From positions 210,001 through 242,000 of the forward strand of contig NZ_AP013043.1 in assembly GCF_016592615.1 (NCBI RefSeq): a DNA stretch of 32,000 nucleotides, read 5' to 3'. The translations under genes were made by a program, and so were the position numbers. Source of the stretch: Isorropodon fossajaponicum endosymbiont JTNG4 (GTDB lineage Bacteria > Pseudomonadota > Gammaproteobacteria > PS1 > Pseudothioglobaceae). Positions 30,470 to 32,000 of the stretch are shown here, piece after piece. The notes under the pieces are model-generated. The model was not told the DNA's origin and searched no databases. It saw only the letters and a list, made by a program, of their open reading frames with translations. The number at the start of each line of letters is the position of its first letter. Position 1 is the first letter of the stretch.

Positions 30470-30651
30470 AATGTGATTATTATCCACAATGTGACTATCT
30501 ATTGAACTCTTTGCATTATTTTTTATCCGCTCTTATTAGCTAGGTGTTGGGTAGATGTTTCTTTAAGTAGGCTTATGTTTTACAAATTTTCGTAATTTAA
30601 ATCACAGTATAATTCAGGTATTTTTTTACGTAGTATTTATTTCAAAATTAC

Positions 30652-31347
30652 ATGAAAGATATTAAAGTTAAAGATAGGCTTATTTTTGCCCTAGATGTGC
30701 CAGAAGTTGAACAAGCTAAGGACTTAGTCATCCAACTAGATGACAGTGTTAATTTTTATAAAATTGGCATGGAGCTATTAATGACAGGTCAATACTTTAA
30801 CTTGCTTGATTGGTTATTAGAAAAAGACAAGAAAGTCTTTGTAGATTTGAAGTTTTTTGATGTGCCAGAGACTGTCGGTAGAACCATTAAGCGTTTAAGC
30901 CAATATGGCGCTACTTTTGCTACCATTCACGGCAATCAAGCGCTTATGGAAAAAGCCGCTGAAAATAAAGGCGAACTTAAAATCTTAGCAGTAACCGTAC
31001 TCACCAGTCTTGATAGAGGTGATTTGGATGATTTAGGCTTTGATTGCGATGTGCAAGAATTGGTTATTTCTCGTACCAAACGTGCTTTTGAAGCAGGCTG
31101 TGATGGCGTAGTATCTTCAGGACTTGAAGTGCCATTTTTACGTGAATATGTTGATAACAAATTAATCGCTGTTACCCCGGGCATTCGCCCCGTAGCTAAT
31201 GATGATGATCAAAAACGCGTGGTTGATGTGGCAACTGCATTTAACTCAGGATCAGACTATATTGTCGTTGGTCGCCCGATTAAAAATGCCACTAGCCCGT
31301 ACCAAGCAGCACAAGATATTCAAACAATTATCAAAGGTTGTTTTTAA
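30652..31347 (+). CDS. pyrF: Orotidine 5'-phosphate decarboxylase
   Basis: 231 aa with 'LIFALDV', 'FVDLKFFDVPETV' and 'IVVGRPI' motifs. Confidence 0.93.
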   Translation: MKDIKVKDRLIFALDVPEVEQAKDLVIQLDDSVNFYKIGMELLMTGQYFNLLDWLLEKDKKVFVDLKFFDVPETVGRTIKRLSQYGATFATIHGNQALMEKAAENKGELKILAVTVLTSLDRGDLDDLGFDCDVQELVISRTKRAFEAGCDGVVSSGLEVPFLREYVDNKLIAVTPGIRPVANDDDQKRVVDVATAFNSGSDYIVVGRPIKNATSPYQAAQDIQTIIKGCF

Positions 31348-31367
31348 GTATAATAGCCACTTCTTTT

Positions 31368-31444
31368 AGTCGCGTAGCTCAGCTGGTTAGAGCACTACCT
31401 TGACATGGTAGGGGTCGGTGATTCGAATTCACTCGCGACTACCA
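31368..31444 (+). tRNA. tRNA-Val (anticodon GAC)
   Basis: Folds as a 77-nt cloverleaf by hand: AGTCGCG TA GCTC AGCTGGTTA GAGC A CTACC TTGACAT GGTAG GGGTC GGTGA TTCGAAT TCACT CGCGACT A CCA. It has an A1-U72 pair and an encoded CCA. Confidence 0.9.
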
Positions 31445-31455
31445 TCAAAATCTAA

Positions 31456-31485
31456 GAGAATATCAATTCTCACCTATTTTTTTTT
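31456..31485 (+). terminator. Weak hairpin plus T9 run downstream of tRNA-Val
   Basis: gagaat-atca-attctc (31456-31471), then a 5-nt spacer and a T9 run (31477-31485). The stem is short and AT-rich, so this is tentative. Confidence 0.35.
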
Positions 31486-31552
31486 ATGCCATATTTCTAA
31501 TATTTTGTGTTTGTATGTTGGTTAAAATAAGGCTTAATTATTATTATAAATA

Positions 31553-32000
31553 TTGTGGCAAGCCATGTTTGAACAAACCTCATGGGTGTTATTCTTAAAA
31601 TATTTGCACGATTTAGAGCAAGACAAACAAACGGTAGCTGAACTCACTGGAAAGGCTTGTCAATCTATTATTTCCACCCAATTTCAATGGTCAGCTTGGG
31701 CAACACCAAAACTTGATAATGGCGATATTGACCATAACGCTTTAACAGGCGATGATTTATTAGATTTTGTTAACAACCAGTTGTTTCCTTATTTAAAAAA
31801 ATTCAAAACACAAGCCATAAGTGCCAACACCATCGAATATAAAATTGGCGAAATTTTATCAGAATTAAAAAATCGCATTCAAAGTGGTTACAACCTATGA
31901 GAAGTGATAACGCTTGTTGATGGGTTGCGTTTTAGAACGCACCAAGAAAAACACGAAATGAGCCATTTGTATGAAAGCAAAATTAAAAACACGGGCAATG
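31553..32000 (+). pseudogene. hsdM: Type I restriction-modification methyltransferase HsdM, 5'-truncated with an in-frame TGA; runs off the window
   Basis: 'FEQTSWVLFLKYLHDLEQ...LTGDDLLDFVNNQLFPYLKKF...IQSGYNL*EVITLVDGLRFRTHQEKHEMSHLYESKIKNTGN' matches the HsdM N-terminal region. The TGA at 31898-31900 sits where homologues have Arg (YNLREV). Stop codons lie immediately upstream of 31553, so about 20 N-terminal residues seen in homologues are missing. Confidence 0.7.

Overview
AT-rich, tightly packed gammaproteobacterial chromosome segment. Many genes overlap by 1-11 nt. The gene content would fit a reduced-genome SUP05- or symbiont-like lineage, but that is only a guess. About 36 genes look intact and are housekeeping: SCO1/SenC, miaB, an MscS channel, an NlpD-like lipoprotein, DedA/YqaA, glyQ, ahcY, metK, ccmBA, an S49 peptidase, bamE, fur, znuB, prfA, hemA, lolB, ruvB, tolQRA, minC, glyS, dtd, an ArsC-family protein, thioredoxin, ruvC, a CDF transporter, aroC, a GFA-family protein and pyrF. 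There are two tRNAs, Arg-CCU and Val-GAC. On the regulatory side, the ahcY leader folds as a clear SAH riboswitch. The metK leader is a structured, attenuator-containing 5' UTR that I cannot assign to a known riboswitch class. Accessory DNA is small and decayed. At 25.8-28.6 kb there is an integron-integrase-like tyrosine recombinase pseudogene, an IS5/IS1182-like transposase remnant, a multiply disrupted IS3-family element whose inverted repeats and A_AAA_AAG slippery site survive, and a SulP permease stub. After tRNA-Val there is a 5'-truncated type I hsdM carrying an in-frame TGA. ybgC, upstream of tolQ, carries a single frameshift. Several operons that are normally contiguous are split or incomplete here: glyQ/glyS, ruvA/B/C, ccmA-H, minCDE, tol-pal and znuABC. 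I see no CRISPR array, rRNA, intact defence operon or other convincing novel multi-gene system. The most novel-looking items are the metK leader and an orphan DUF2384 antitoxin-like gene translationally coupled to a lone minC.
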